DNA of 63,940 nucleotides, counting the filler. It is 10 parts of 10 records of this genome, joined end to end, with 100 filler letters (N's around TTAATTAATTAA, not from the genome) between each part and the next. Parts side by side here need not be neighbours in the genome. Positions count along the whole stretch, not along the records: positions 17,245 to 31,708 come from SRR15195285_2278; positions 31,809 to 35,413 come from SRR15195285_2280; 8 more parts are not named here. One strand, given 5' to 3'. A program made the translations under genes and the position numbers. Positions 23,201-35,135 of the stretch are shown here, one piece after another; the stretch's first letter is position 1, and each line of letters opens with the position of its first letter. Under the pieces are notes generated by a model, which was not told where the DNA came from, searched no databases, and saw only the letters and a program-made list of their open reading frames with translations.

Positions 23201-26200
23201 TGTCCGCGCTTGCGGCATATGCCCCGCCTCGCTTTGCAGATGGGACAGGCCTCGGCTCCTTCTTTTGCCGGGCTTCTATCTTCCCTGCTACGTTCAGCTG
23301 CGGCGGCCAGCTCAGCAGCAATCACATCTCCTTCCAAAGCCGGATCTAGAGCCGGGAGGTGGCCAGGCATCCCGCGCTTGCGGCATACGCCCCGCTTCGC
23401 TTTGCAGATGGTACAGGCGGCTTGGCCAGGGGCTTGATAGCCGCCATGTTTGTCCCTGCGTGGCTTCACCTCCATGGGCTTCGGTAAATCTGGGTCTTCC
23501 GCCGTAGTCGCCCAGCCATCTTCCTTGATCAGTACAGTCCACAGAGAGTCACTATCCGCATTCCACTCAGCCTCTCGATCGGCTGGCACCTCTTCATCTG
23601 GATTCCATTTGGTAAGGATCTCCAACAGTCCTTTTGTTTCAGCCGTGGGTTCGCAAATTGGAGCGCTCGTCTTCATAACTCGCCCATAGTACTCGACAAT
23701 GTCATGATCGATGGGCTCTTCAGCGTGCCACCTCTGGCTGAAGTGGTTCCACACTTTTCCCTTCAAGTTGCGGCCTCTTGGGCGTGGGTAGCGCACCCAG
23801 CCTATGTGCACCTTCCCGCTACCGTGAGCGCGCACCTCGCGTTCAACGGCGGCGACGAACTCGCGCATGGAGTTCTTCTCAAAATGCTCCACTGCTTCTT
23901 TGTATCGGCCGAACTTATACTCTTTACACAGCTTCAAGAGCCGTAGCAGCCGAGGCATAGACTCAACTTTGGTCGCGCTTGCTGAACTCAGCTCGTTGAT
24001 GCCAAACGCATGAGTCAGCGGAGGATCTGCGACAAACTGCCCGGGGTCCTCTTGCACGCCGTCAGATCCCAAAATTATCGGCAGCACATCTTCAATCGCG
24101 AAGAGCCCAGGATTGGCGCACACAATGCGCACGTTATGCGCGCCGAAATTGACCAGCCCGCCCACATAGTCTTTATGACTGGTTTTCCAGTGGTCTTCAT
24201 TTGCACGATTATGTGATACAGGTTTCGGAAACGAACGTTCTCGTCGTGCAGAGCCTTCATTGTGCTCGTGGTGTGTACGAGAACCGATACGACGACCTAA
24301 TGAGTCGTACCGCTGTCCTGATGCTTCAGCAATCACAAAATCAACATCGGGGTTCTCAATGATGGTTTGTTTCGACCTTCGGCCACTTCTGGTGAGAGTG
24401 AACTTCTGTTCTTCTGACGCCATCTCTTCTTCTTCGATAGTCTCTGGCACCGACGTGAAGTAATCTTTTGGCATCATGTCGTTAGCAGTTGATACAATTA
24501 CCCGATTCCAAAGCTCTGCTTCTTCACGTCCTGTAAGCAGCTTCGACGCTTTGTCTCGCCAAAAAACTCCAAAGCATGCCGGGCGCAAACCGCCTTCCAA
24601 TCGCAGCGCAGCGTGCGCAAGCTCATTTGCTGTCGTAAATGTCTGCAAGTCATGGTAAAAATCATCCTTCTGTCCGATCCAGTCGGGTTTAAACAGGGTC
24701 TCTGGGACGAGACTGGCTACGTCGAACAGCCTGCTCCTGACGATGTTTGTAGTGCACAAAGAATCGTTAACCAATGCAGGCCAGCTACACTCCTTGATGG
24801 AAAATTTGTTGAAAACCAGGCCGACACTCCCTGCCCTTGGATCCGGTTTGTTCTGCGGTCTGAACACCATGGCATCAATGCCATTGCTGTACGCCCTGCT
24901 TGCGTAGAGGCCAGTGTTGCCCCAGACCTCAGCAGGCTCGTAGCTGTGTTTCACCGTCGTGAACACATTAACCAGCCGTGCATCTAGACGGTTCTTGTTC
25001 AATCTTGGAAGCAGCGCACGAACCTTCTTCGCCAAGTTGCGCTCAATCGTCGGCCCTGATGTCCTACTAACCAAGTCTTGAATCTGCCCATCAGATATAT
25101 GCCGGTATAATCCCGTAGACAACGTTTCGCCAAACATCTGGCCGCCCACACACCAGTACCGATTCCCCAAAGTGTCACGCCCGACGGGCTTCACTGCAGT
25201 TGCCTCAGCCTCAAGAACATCAGTGTGGCAAGAACCGCAGTACCAGTCCCCTTCTGGCACAGTCGTCAACGGCTCGCCAACTGCGTGGGTGCAGCCCAAG
25301 TGAAATGCGCATGGGCATCCATCGCACAGCACCATCTCACCGTCGCTCCCACACACAGCGCAGAACTCATACTCAAAGGTATGCTCCTCGACCACAAGCT
25401 TCTTCTTCTTCCGAATCCTATCGCCTTCGAGTTTGATGAAACGATGATGCAGCTCGTCAAGGAATGCATCTGTATCTAGCAGTACCTCGCACAGGAACCG
25501 CAGCGCTTCTATCTTGGCTGCGGGAGACATCTTCCAGTACTCAGCGCCAGAGCTCAAGTTACGGGCTACGTTTCTCGCTAGATCAGGAATGTAGTGGTCG
25601 ACTAATTCCTCGGTCCAGATGCCATCGCCAAGCTCCTCTGCTTGCCGGAGCAGCACGCCACCTGCTGCTACCTTTTCCTCCGCATATTTGCGCAGCATTT
25701 CAGGCCAGCTCAGGCCATGCATTACAACCCATGGAAGCAATTCAATTTCAGACATTCTGGCGGTAGAGGCGCCCGATTTCGTCACTGCATCGGTGATGTC
25801 GTTGTATTTAAGATATCGCAATAAACAAAGATTTATCTCAGCCAGCAGCCGGTTCTCTTCCGTGCTAGCAAGTGCAGCCATGAACTGCTCAAGGCTGAAG
25901 AAACCGATGACCAGCCCTGGCATGTTGAAGAACATCCGCAGCTGCGAATATATGCTGAGGAGATCGCCAAGCGCGCGTTCTTCTAGTGACAGGGTCGGTA
26001 GGTCGATCATGCTGGTCTCCGTACTCTCATCTTCCCCGTCGTCCCAGCCGTCCATTATAGTCTCTTCCTCCTCAGACTCGTCGTCTTCATTATTCGCGGA
26101 GAGGTCCTTTTTCTGCTTCTTCTTTTTGGACCTGCCATAATAATTCCGCTTCCTGGACATGCCCTCGTCACCATCCCAGTCTGAAAGCGCTTCTTCCTCA

Positions 26201-28539
26201 TCCTGCTCGTCCATCGCTTCCCCACCATCCGCGTAGTCGGAGAGTCCACTATCACTGTCGTTGCCGTCTGCATCACTTTTACTCCATTCGCCCGCTGTCT
26301 CTTTGAGTTCAAACGAGAGGCCAGCTTCGATTGGGCCAAACGCTTCCCAAAACGTACTCTGCAGCACCTCTGCGTCTTTGTAAACTTGATCTTGCTTGTC
26401 GTAGTACGCGCGCGCATTTTCAAATATTGTGGTCATGTCTTCTTCGAAGTCATCCGTGTTTTTGTACCGTCCAGCTTTCAGCTTCTTTTGGACCTGTCCG
26501 AGGTGCATCGGGTTTTGGATTGCCTCATAGTAGTCAGGCTCTGCCTTCCTGGACGGCAGCTTCATCAATGACTTCGCGCGGCAGCGACCGTAGCCGTCCC
26601 CGACACTCTGTAGTACGTCCAATACAGTGTGCATCTTCTCCCCGAATGCCGAGGGCAACTTTTCGCGCTTGGGCACGGGAATGATCTTGATCGCTGCTAG
26701 TGCCTCTGCCTGTTCTTTAGATGCCTTGGATACGCCAGATGCTTTGGATGCCTTGGATCCTTTGGATGCCCTGGATGCCCTGGACGTCTTCACCGCCGCA
26801 CCAGATTTTCGCATTCCACATTCGGAGTCCAGTGCCTTCATCATCGACTCTTGCAGAGCGTCGGCATCTTCTGTGACCCAGCGGTCATCCGGCTCATTGA
26901 TTGAGGAGTCAAACTTGCGCGCGTTGTTAAAAAGCAGCATCATATCGGCCTGCATCGCTTTGTGGTCCAAATATTCGTTATTCTCGATCCGGGCCTTGAT
27001 TGTGTCCAAATCAATTGGATCCTCAACGATCTCGTAGTACAGTGAACCAGCTTCTTCATCGGCAAAGTCGTCCTCCGTCAGGAGTTCGCACTCGGCCATC
27101 CGACTCGGGCAGCAGTCAAACCGCAGTAGACGATCCTTTACGTACGGCATGTCACCCCCAGGCCAAATCGAGCGCCTTCGGCATTCACGCTGCAGCTCGG
27201 AGAGCTTCAGCCTGTTGTAGAAAGTTCGCCGTTGCTCCCAGAAGGCAACTTGGCTCTCCCGGGACCACTGTGCTAGAGCAGCTTCTTGCGGCAGCTTCTT
27301 GTTCAGATTCGGGAGCATTCCTTTCTTCAGCATGTCTTGTGTGCCACTTTTCATGTCCTCAGGCAGTCCGGCGAGCGGTTTTGGGAAATCGCTGGTCTCA
27401 GGGCGAGTGGCAGGCCTAGGTGGGAGCTGTAGGAACAGCTCCGCACAGTACCGATCTCCGTCCATTGTGTCAGCAACCATTTGCCAGACCTTGAGCAACC
27501 GGTTTCGCATGGCTCTGGGGCTTTGCGCCGCTGTGACTGGCGGCAGGCCCGGAGGAGTACCCGGCCTCCCGCCCCCCGACGTGGATTTGGGCTGAGATTT
27601 CCTCGCCTTCGACGCCGACTTCGACTTTTTCGGCTTGGTACTAGGTTTGCCGTCGGACGCTGCCGCCGACGCCGACGCCCCCGCTGTGCTCGAACGGCTC
27701 CTCTTTTGGCCTCGGCTGTTCCCACCGTTAGAGGGTTGGCCTCCAGCAGCCTGGATGGCTGCGCTCATCGCGGCCTGGAGAGCGTTCGCATCATCCGTCA
27801 CGAAGCGCTCGTTGACGTCGCTGGTTGCCGCATCGAACGCGCGCGCGTTGTCGAACAGCAGTCGCATATCTGCCTCCACAGCCGTTAGGCTTTTGTACGC
27901 ACCCGCATCGATCCGATCCTCGATCGTGCTAAGGTCGATCGGATTGTCCACAAGCCTGTAGTATATCACGCCAATGTCGTTCTCCATCTCAGCCGCGTCC
28001 TCTTCAGTCTGCAGCTCGCACTCGACCATCCGACTCGGGCAGCAGTCGAAACGCAGCAGGCGGTCCTTCACGTACAGCTGGTCGCCCCCCGGCCAGATCG
28101 AGCGCCTGCGGCACTCGCGCTGCAGCTCGGACATCTTCATCCGGTTGTAGACGGCTCGGCGCTGCTCCCAGAAGGCGACTTGGCTCTCACGCGTCCACTT
28201 GCGCAGCTCGGCCTCGGCCGGTAGCTTCTTCGTCATGCTGGGGAGTGCGCCGCGCTTCAGCTTGTCGGTGGCGCCCGCGGCTAGGTCCTCAGGCAGCGCG
28301 TCCAGCGGAGGAGGGAACTCCCTCACCGGCGGCTCGACCTTCTCCGGCAGCTGCAGGAAGAGCTCACAGCGCTTACGTCCCGAGGAATCCTTGCATTCGA
28401 TGACCGCCTCAAACACCTCCCGGATGCCGCCGTCGTCCGCCGCCGCCGCCGCCGCCGGGCTCGCCGCCGCCGCCGTCGGGCTCGCCGACGCCGCGGCGGC
28501 CGCCTTGGCTTTGGCGCGCGCCGAGCTGCGGCGGCTCAT
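17245..28539 (-). CDS. Giant chromatin protein: at least 8 bromodomains, DDT, WHIM-like, PHD, Tudor-like, CCHHC Zn finger, HTH (3' partial)
   Basis: Uninterrupted ORF of more than 3700 aa. Repeated YY..I..PIDL..I...Y....DM.LLF.NA motifs; PHD CAVC..DGEMVLCDGCPCAFHLGC...WYCGSC; DDT-like LGDLLSIYSQLRMF...FSLEQFMAAL; CPTPGCNGDGH...HRSIWGCP. Confidence 0.9.
22800..23160 (-). repeat. Coding minisatellite, about 69-bp unit (AEPMAVEPVTEDAAEPDATDADA-like)
   Basis: Degenerate tandem units containing gtccgtggcgtcaggctcagctgcgtc. Confidence 0.8.
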
Positions 28540-29232
28540 ATCCCCAGCGCTTTGGGCGCAAAGCAAACCAAAACCGATGCCGCTACCGCCCGCCCCCCCT
28601 CCGCTTCGTCCCACTCCCCCTCCGCTCCGTCCCCCCCCCTGTCGCCCCCGTCCTCCTCGCCTCCCCCCCGCCCCCCGCCCGCGTTCGGGGGTTGGCGTTC
28701 CTTGCTGTGGGGGGTTTGGTGCTGGTGGTTCGATGTTCAAACAGCGTTCAAAGCCACCAAACAAACCTGCAAACCAATTCTTCGTGCCTTCTTCCTTATC
28801 CTTATCCTTCCGTCCCGGGGGGGGCAGCCCTCCGGGAATTTGAGCGACAGTGGGACAGTCACACTATCCGGTTTCACTCACCTCAGTGAAGGGCAGGGCC
28901 CGCCCGGGGTCAGCCTAAACTCGTATTCCATTCTTGAATGTATTCGGTCCCAGGATGAGCCAAATCCCAGTATCTCTCCGGCGGAATGCATTCAAAATTC
29001 AAGGTGATCGAAAAAGGACGTCGTGACCTGCGTACTACTATAGTATCGTATACGACATCATTGTACCGCCAATTGCATTCAATTTATACGAGTTTTGGGG
29101 GTTCGGGACGACAGACGCCGGAGACTACACAAAGAGAGGGTAGGCGGGCCGGCTGGCCACCCGCTGAGCGCTGAGGTGACCCTCCGCTCGCGAATTGAGC
29201 ACCCATTTTCATTGAAAATCAATCGGGAAAAT

Positions 29233-29241
29233 GGCGCGAAA
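29233..29241 (-). promoter_or_regulatory. Candidate E2F site (TTTCGCGCC) in the divergent promoter
   Basis: ggcgcgaaa on + matches the E2F consensus TTTSSCGC on -. A near-match (tcgggaaaa) lies immediately upstream. Confidence 0.45.
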
Positions 29242-29449
29242 AGTATACTCGAACTCATTAACGATCTAAATCGGGTTCCGAATCAGCTTCTACTGTGTTA
29301 TATCTACGAGTTTCAACTGGTCCGTGAAGCCCCGACGACCTCCTGCACCGCCTGCTGCTGCTGCTGCTGCTGCCCAGGGTGTACACAGTGGCCCTGGGCC
29401 GCCGCATCGGCACGGCGTGGGCGTCCGGCTGCAGGGGAGGCCTGCCGGG

Positions 29450-30514
29450 ATGCGGGCGGTGGGCGGTGGGCGTGCTGCGGCGCATGAGCTGGCGCATCAG
29501 GGCGGCCGGGGATCGTCGCCGCGCCACGGGCGGCGCGCCACGGGCGGTGGCGGCGGGGCGGCGGATGGCGGTGCAGCGGCCGTGGCGAGGCGGGGCAGCG
29601 CGAAGGCCGGCGCGAGCACCACTTCGTTCAAGCTGGCACGCGACCTGCCGTTCCTGCCGGACGAGAGCAGCTGGCTGCAGGACGCCAACAACGTCCGCGG
29701 GCTGCGCTCCGTGAGCGTGCGCATGTGCCATCTGCTGCGCCAGAAGCAGACCTGCACCTGCAACGAGGTCGCCGACCAGCTCACAGAAGAGTCTCAGGCC
29801 GCCGCAATCCGCGAGCGCGCGGAAGCAAAGCCCGACTCGGGTTCGCCCGTTCCGGAGAAGAACCTGCGCAGACGAATCTACGACGCGCTCAACGTGCTCG
29901 CGTCTGCTGGGGTGGTGGAGAAAGACGGCGAGGTGGTGCACTGGCGCGGTTTGCCGGACCACATCGAAGTTTCTGCGCTGCAGTCGGAGAAGCGCCAGCT
30001 GCAGGTGAGCATCGCCAATAAGAAGCGATTAGCTGCCCAGATCCAGGAGAAGCGGGCTGCCTTCGAAGTACTGCTGAAGCGAAATCGCGACCCGGAGTTC
30101 TTGAAGGAAACCGAGCAGAGCGCGCGCCTTGACATGCCATTCGTATCGATCGTTGCGGACAGCCGCATTCAGGTAGAGCGCGTGGAGACGACACCGCGCA
30201 GCAGCGCTGTTGAGCCGACCGCCACGGCCGCAGATGGCGCTGCGGCCGCTGGTAGCGCCGCGGCTGACTCCACGCCTCAGCGTGGACCCCGTCGCACAAC
30301 GCGATCGGCGTCGGCACCGGCGCCGGCGGCCCTGCAGACGGAGACTCGGTCAGCGGTGCCGACAACAGCGGCCCTGCCGGGGATGCTGTATGAGGTCTCT
30401 GGCAAGTTTTGTTTGCAAGATGACGCCGACATTCTCAAGCAAATGTTTCGGGCAGATGCGCTGAAGCGACGTCGTTTGGACCTTGCGGAGCCAGAGGAGG
30501 GTTATGCAGCCTAG
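29450..30514 (+). CDS. DP: DP family transcription factor (E2F dimerisation partner)
   Basis: GLRSVSVRMC...TCNEVADQL...KNLRRRIYDALNVL..AGVVEKDGEVVHWRGLP, then a coiled coil and LDMPFV...DDADILKQM. Confidence 0.88.
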   Translation: MRAVGGGRAAAHELAHQGGRGSSPRHGRRATGGGGGAADGGAAAVARRGSAKAGASTTSFKLARDLPFLPDESSWLQDANNVRGLRSVSVRMCHLLRQKQTCTCNEVADQLTEESQAAAIRERAEAKPDSGSPVPEKNLRRRIYDALNVLASAGVVEKDGEVVHWRGLPDHIEVSALQSEKRQLQVSIANKKRLAAQIQEKRAAFEVLLKRNRDPEFLKETEQSARLDMPFVSIVADSRIQVERVETTPRSSAVEPTATAADGAAAAGSAAADSTPQRGPRRTTRSASAPAPAALQTETRSAVPTTAALPGMLYEVSGKFCLQDDADILKQMFRADALKRRRLDLAEPEEGYAA

Positions 30515-30621
30515 AAAGGATTGGGTTAGGCTTGGGGTGATTTTCAGAATGAACGACGCTTTGCTCACACGCCGGTTGTTGTGCACACATCCCAGGGAGC
30601 CTACTGCTGCGAGTTTACTTG

Positions 30622-31708
30622 TTACTGCCGGAAGGTAAGATCTAAGATGGTCTGCCCATCCGCCGTACGCACGCTGCACCACCCACCCGTGAGGTCAACT
30701 CCGGTCGAAATGAACCGTGCACGCAGAACACCCTCTGAGTTAGATCTCTCCTCCAGGACCTTCACTTCCACGCCCTCCTCCAAGATCCCGATTTTCTCTG
30801 ACCACGACTCCCAAGACTCTCGAACGACCGTCCGACGCACGCACCTGTACACGCCAATCGGTGTACCCGGCTCCTTGACGTCCTTCACGCCAACCGCACC
30901 TCCTGCACTAGCAGGTGTGTGCAAAGAGAGTGGCAACGGCTTGGCATGGCTGGCTTCGACAGACAACACCGGCCGGGCCACATCAGTCTGGACGTTGAGG
31001 AACCGCAGCACGTGCTCGTCCTTTTGTCGAAGCCCGAGCACGCTGATCAGCCACACCTCCAGCTCCAGTCGACGCTCGTCGAGCTCCGACTGTGAGGGTG
31101 CTGTTCGCGCAGGACTTTTGGTGAGATATACGTGCGAAAAGTCGACTGGACGCAAATGCACTGGACATACGCTAGGTGTACCGTGGTGACTTACGAGTGG
31201 CACCCCATAGCGACAGCGACATGTGGCGCGATGGGAATGGTATCTTCGCGATGGCAGATCCCAGGCTTTCACGAAGATCTGAGAAGGCTGAGAACCGCCG
31301 CGAGACGACCCACGGAGCTGTCGCAAGCTCATCCACCGGGAAACATTTGACCTGATACACCGTAAACTCTTTGCCCGTCTTCTCATCTGTGCGCATCTGA
31401 TACGAGGTCACCTTCAGGCGTTTGACGGGGATCAATGGTCGCGGGTTATCACAGTCCTCGTTCACATCTCTAACTTCGGTTTCAGCGTTGTCTTCGTCTA
31501 GCTCATCGCGCCCCGCTGCTGCATGTGCGAGGGTCTCCAGTGGCTCATCTTGCCCCGGAGCCTCACGGTCAGACACCCCAACTTCTTCCACTGTGGGCTT
31601 GTCGAACGGACTCAGGCGGCCGAAAACCGAATGAATGAAATTTGTGCCTTGCCCAGGTTCCTGCTCTGACTCCACTTTTGGCTCCGGCTCTGGCTCCGGC
31701 TCTGGCTC
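30622..31708 (-). CDS. PX domain + C-terminal SH3b-like domain protein (5' partial; intron 31101-31194)
   Basis: FTVYQVKC...WVVSRRFSAFSDLRESL...FPSR...LDERRLELEVWL (PX). YRCVRRTVVRE...IGILEEG...GWCSVRTADG (SH3b-like). Confidence 0.85.
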
Positions 31709-31808
31709 NNNNNNNNNNNNNNNNNNNNNNNNNNNNNNNNNNNNNNNNNNNNTTAATTAATTAANNNNNNNNNNNNNNNNNNNNNNNNNNNNNNNNNNNN
31801 NNNNNNNN

Positions 31809-32712
31809 GCTGCTGGTAGAGGCCGGCTGCAACACGGCTGCAACCGACAGCCACGGCCGTACTGCCGCAGCCAACGCCAGATTGAACGATCAGGTTGCAG
31901 CATTGCAGTGGTTATGTGAGCTGCACAAAAAGCAAAAGGCTGCTGCCCTCCGGCGAAAAGCACAGGAAATGCTGACTTGCGGTAGGCTGCAAGAGGCCAA
32001 GACTACCGCCGATAAGGCAATGTCTCTATTGCCTGGCAGTCCCGAGAACGCGCGTCTGGTCGACGACGTTCAAAGTGCACTGACACAAGACTTTCAAAAG
32101 CGGGAGCTCCGGGCGCGGGCTGCAGAGGCAGAGCTCATGGCAATGCTCGATGAAAAGCCGGTAACCACTAAACACAGTGTCGAGCAGGCACAGAAAGCGC
32201 AGCGTAAGAAGGAGAAACGTCTTCGGCAGAAGCTGGCGAAGCGAGAGGCCGCAGCTCATCGTGGTCAAGCGGCAGTTCCTATATCTAGTAGGCCTGAGCC
32301 GGAGCAAGCGGCACAGCAGATACAGGAATCGGAGCGTGAGCCAGAATCGGAGCTGGAGCCGGAGCTGGAGCCAGAGCATGAGGTGGACCTCGAATTCGAA
32401 TTCTCTCAGCCCCCTACATGGTCTTGTCCTTCCGCAGAAGATTCAAACTTACGTGAAGCAACCCCAGGGGTGCGATCTCTTCCAGACGAGTTTTGCTGCC
32501 CGATCACAACCGAGTGCATGCGTGACCCCGTCTTCGTGACAGCGACAGGAATGACATACGAACGACAGGCTATTGCTGAGTGGCTGTCCGAGCATAACAC
32601 CGACCCAAGCACGGGTGTCGACCTTGGCGATAACAAACAGATTGTGCCGAACGTGATGGCTCGAAAGTTGATCAATGCGTGGATGCACGGCAGCTCGACT
32701 CTCTGCATCTGA
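31809..32712 (+). CDS. U-box E3 ligase with TPR-like and coiled-coil region (5' partial)
   Basis: PDEFCCPITTECMRDPVFVTATGMTYERQAIAEWL...TDPSTG...IVPN. Confidence 0.9.
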
Positions 32713-33237
32713 AAGCTACCTAGCATGATTGTAAGATGTATCCGAGCGCGGTTGGATGAAACCTTGTGTTACGAATGATTGAAACTAGAGCGCGTGACGA
32801 TTCGAGGGCACGAGCAGGAGGTGGCCCATCGACGCTCACGTTCTGATGCGACGATCTGCTTGAGTTGATCTTACGTACTGATTCCGATCACTAATCCTGT
32901 GTAAACTGAGTACCTTGCTCCATTCATCCACCGAGTCAGGCACCCAGCTCCAGATCTGCCTCCTTATCGCTAGGCTCCGGCGTTGCTGCATGCATGAGAC
33001 TCTATGGCACCGGCGTCCTAGGGTGCGCCTTGCGTTTCAAGGTACATTTGTGTGATCTGGAATTTCACTCAGCAGGCGCAGGGCCGACCGGTGACTATGC
33101 TGCGCACACCAGTCGAGATGTCGCCGGATGGGCGTGGCAAGCTGTGCATTGCTGCGTTGCAGCCGCTGCACCCGATTTGGTTGTGAGTAGCCGCTGCAAG
33201 CCGCAGTCTTTAAACGCCGTCTTTGGAGCGCTGTAGC

Positions 33238-35135
33238 TCAAAAGTAATCTTGTACAGGCATGAGCGAGTTCATCTGGTTGTCAGGCCACGACTTGATCTC
33301 CCGTTTAAGAATTTCCTGCTGTGCGCGCCAGTCTCCGCCTGCTTTCGGACCGGACTCATCCAACGCTGCACGTCGAACTGGCGCAGACAACTTTTCAATC
33401 ATAACCTCTTCCCTTGCGCGTGAAATTACGGACCGCGCGGAGCCACCAGCATCAAGACCACCATTATCTCCCTTTATAGACCCATTTGTGTGCTTTGTGC
33501 TGCGCCGCACACTACGCAGAGGCACGTGTCCACACGAGTAGGCAGCAGCGACAGCATGTCGAAACAATGTCAAACCAAGCGTACCCTTGTCAGCACACGC
33601 TGAACGCAAAGCGGCAACGACAACAACGACAACAACAGCAACAACAACAGCGCAAGCAAATGGGCGCACGTCTCAATCTCTCGTAGCGCATCCTCTTTCA
33701 TCTTCTTTCGTTCAATGTCAAATTGCTGGGCTGAGGCAGCGCGGAGCTTGCGCAGATCAGCCTTGGCTTTGTTTCGATTTGCGATCACCTCTTGCTGCTG
33801 CTGCACGCGCTCCTCGAACTCTTCGCGAGCGTACTCTTTCGCTCTAGCTTGGCGTTCTGCCGCTTGCTGGCGTGCCAACCGACGCAAGTGTCGCTCTTCC
33901 TGCGCTAGCGCGTTTTTCCTCTCCATCTCGTTCATCCTCTCCTTCACCCGCTTTTCACCTTCCTCGGCTTTTTTCGTTGCGTTCTCTAGTTGCTCCTTCG
34001 CAATGCTCTCGACGAGGTGTTGCGCCTTCTTGGTTGCCTCATCCAGCTTCTGCGCACGCTCTGCCTGCTGCGCTGCAATTTCAGCCTTCTTCTCCGCTAG
34101 CATCTCCTCCTGCCGAGCTTGCAGCTCTGCCATCTCGTTCGCCAGCTGCTTCTTACGTTCCTGCCGTTTCTTCTTAGCTTCGGCGACCAGCTCGTCCGCG
34201 CGCTCCTGGTGCTCGGCCTTGATCCGAGCGTTTTCCGCCTGCAGCCTGGCCTTGTATTCTTCGTAGGCGACTTTTCGCGTGCGCTCTGCTTCCATCTCTC
34301 GCTGCGCTTTCTCCGCTGCGGCTTTCTTGGCCGCGTTCTGCGCCTCGTGGTGCAGCTCTAGCACCTTCTCTGCCTTTTCGTTCTGCTTCTTGGTGAACTC
34401 CAGGGCTTTCTCCCGCAGCTCACATTCGCGTTGCTCGCGAGCCGCCTCCATCTCCGCCTCTTTCTGTTCTCGCCGCTTCTGCGCCTCCTTCTGCTTTCTT
34501 AGCCTCTCCAGCTTCTTCAGCCTCGCCTTTTCCTTACGCTGCAGCGCTGCCTGCTCGCGGGCGTACTCTGCCTCCGCGACCCGCCGCTTTTCGGCTGCTT
34601 CCGCATCCCGCCGCTTCTGCTCGATCTCAAGCGACTTCTCGTACCTCTGCTGCGCCAGCCGCTCTTTCGCTTCTAGCTCGGCCTTCTCCTCCTCGGCTAT
34701 GCGCTTCGCCGCCTCCAGCCGCTTACGCGCGTGCTCCTTCTCCTTCTCGATTTTCATCCTCTGTCGCTCTGCCTCCTGCTTCGCCATGCTGTCGTCGCGT
34801 TGCTTGCTAGCAGCGGCGATGATTTTCGCCCGCTGCTGAAATATCTCGTCAATCTCGTCCAGCCGGCGGCGCTCCATCACCTCCCAGCGCTTCTGCATGA
34901 CGTCCGGTATGGTAACACCGTCGCGCCGGCACTCTTCGTTGAACGTCGCGCGCAGCGGCGGCACGAGGTCCACCTTTCTGATCCCGAGCTTGCCCATCGC
35001 CTTCTTGAGTGCGGGCGAACTCGCCCGCACCACCTCACCATCCGCACCCCTCACCCCGACCAGCTCCCGCGCCTCCGTCAGCTCGACGCGCTCCTCCGAC
35101 GACGCCATCGCGCCTCGCCGCGACGATACTGCCAA
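33238..35135 (-). CDS. Long charged coiled-coil protein (intron 33512-33669)
   Basis: E/K/R/Q/A-rich helical ORF. A gtgcgc donor and cgtag acceptor join in phase to the terminal exon; the intron contains a (TTG)n-like tract. Confidence 0.7.

Noticed and set aside
22648-23507. Long antisense ORFs over the bromodomain gene, and similar shadow ORFs elsewhere
   Set aside because: Expected by-products of high GC content and coding repeats; no domain signatures.
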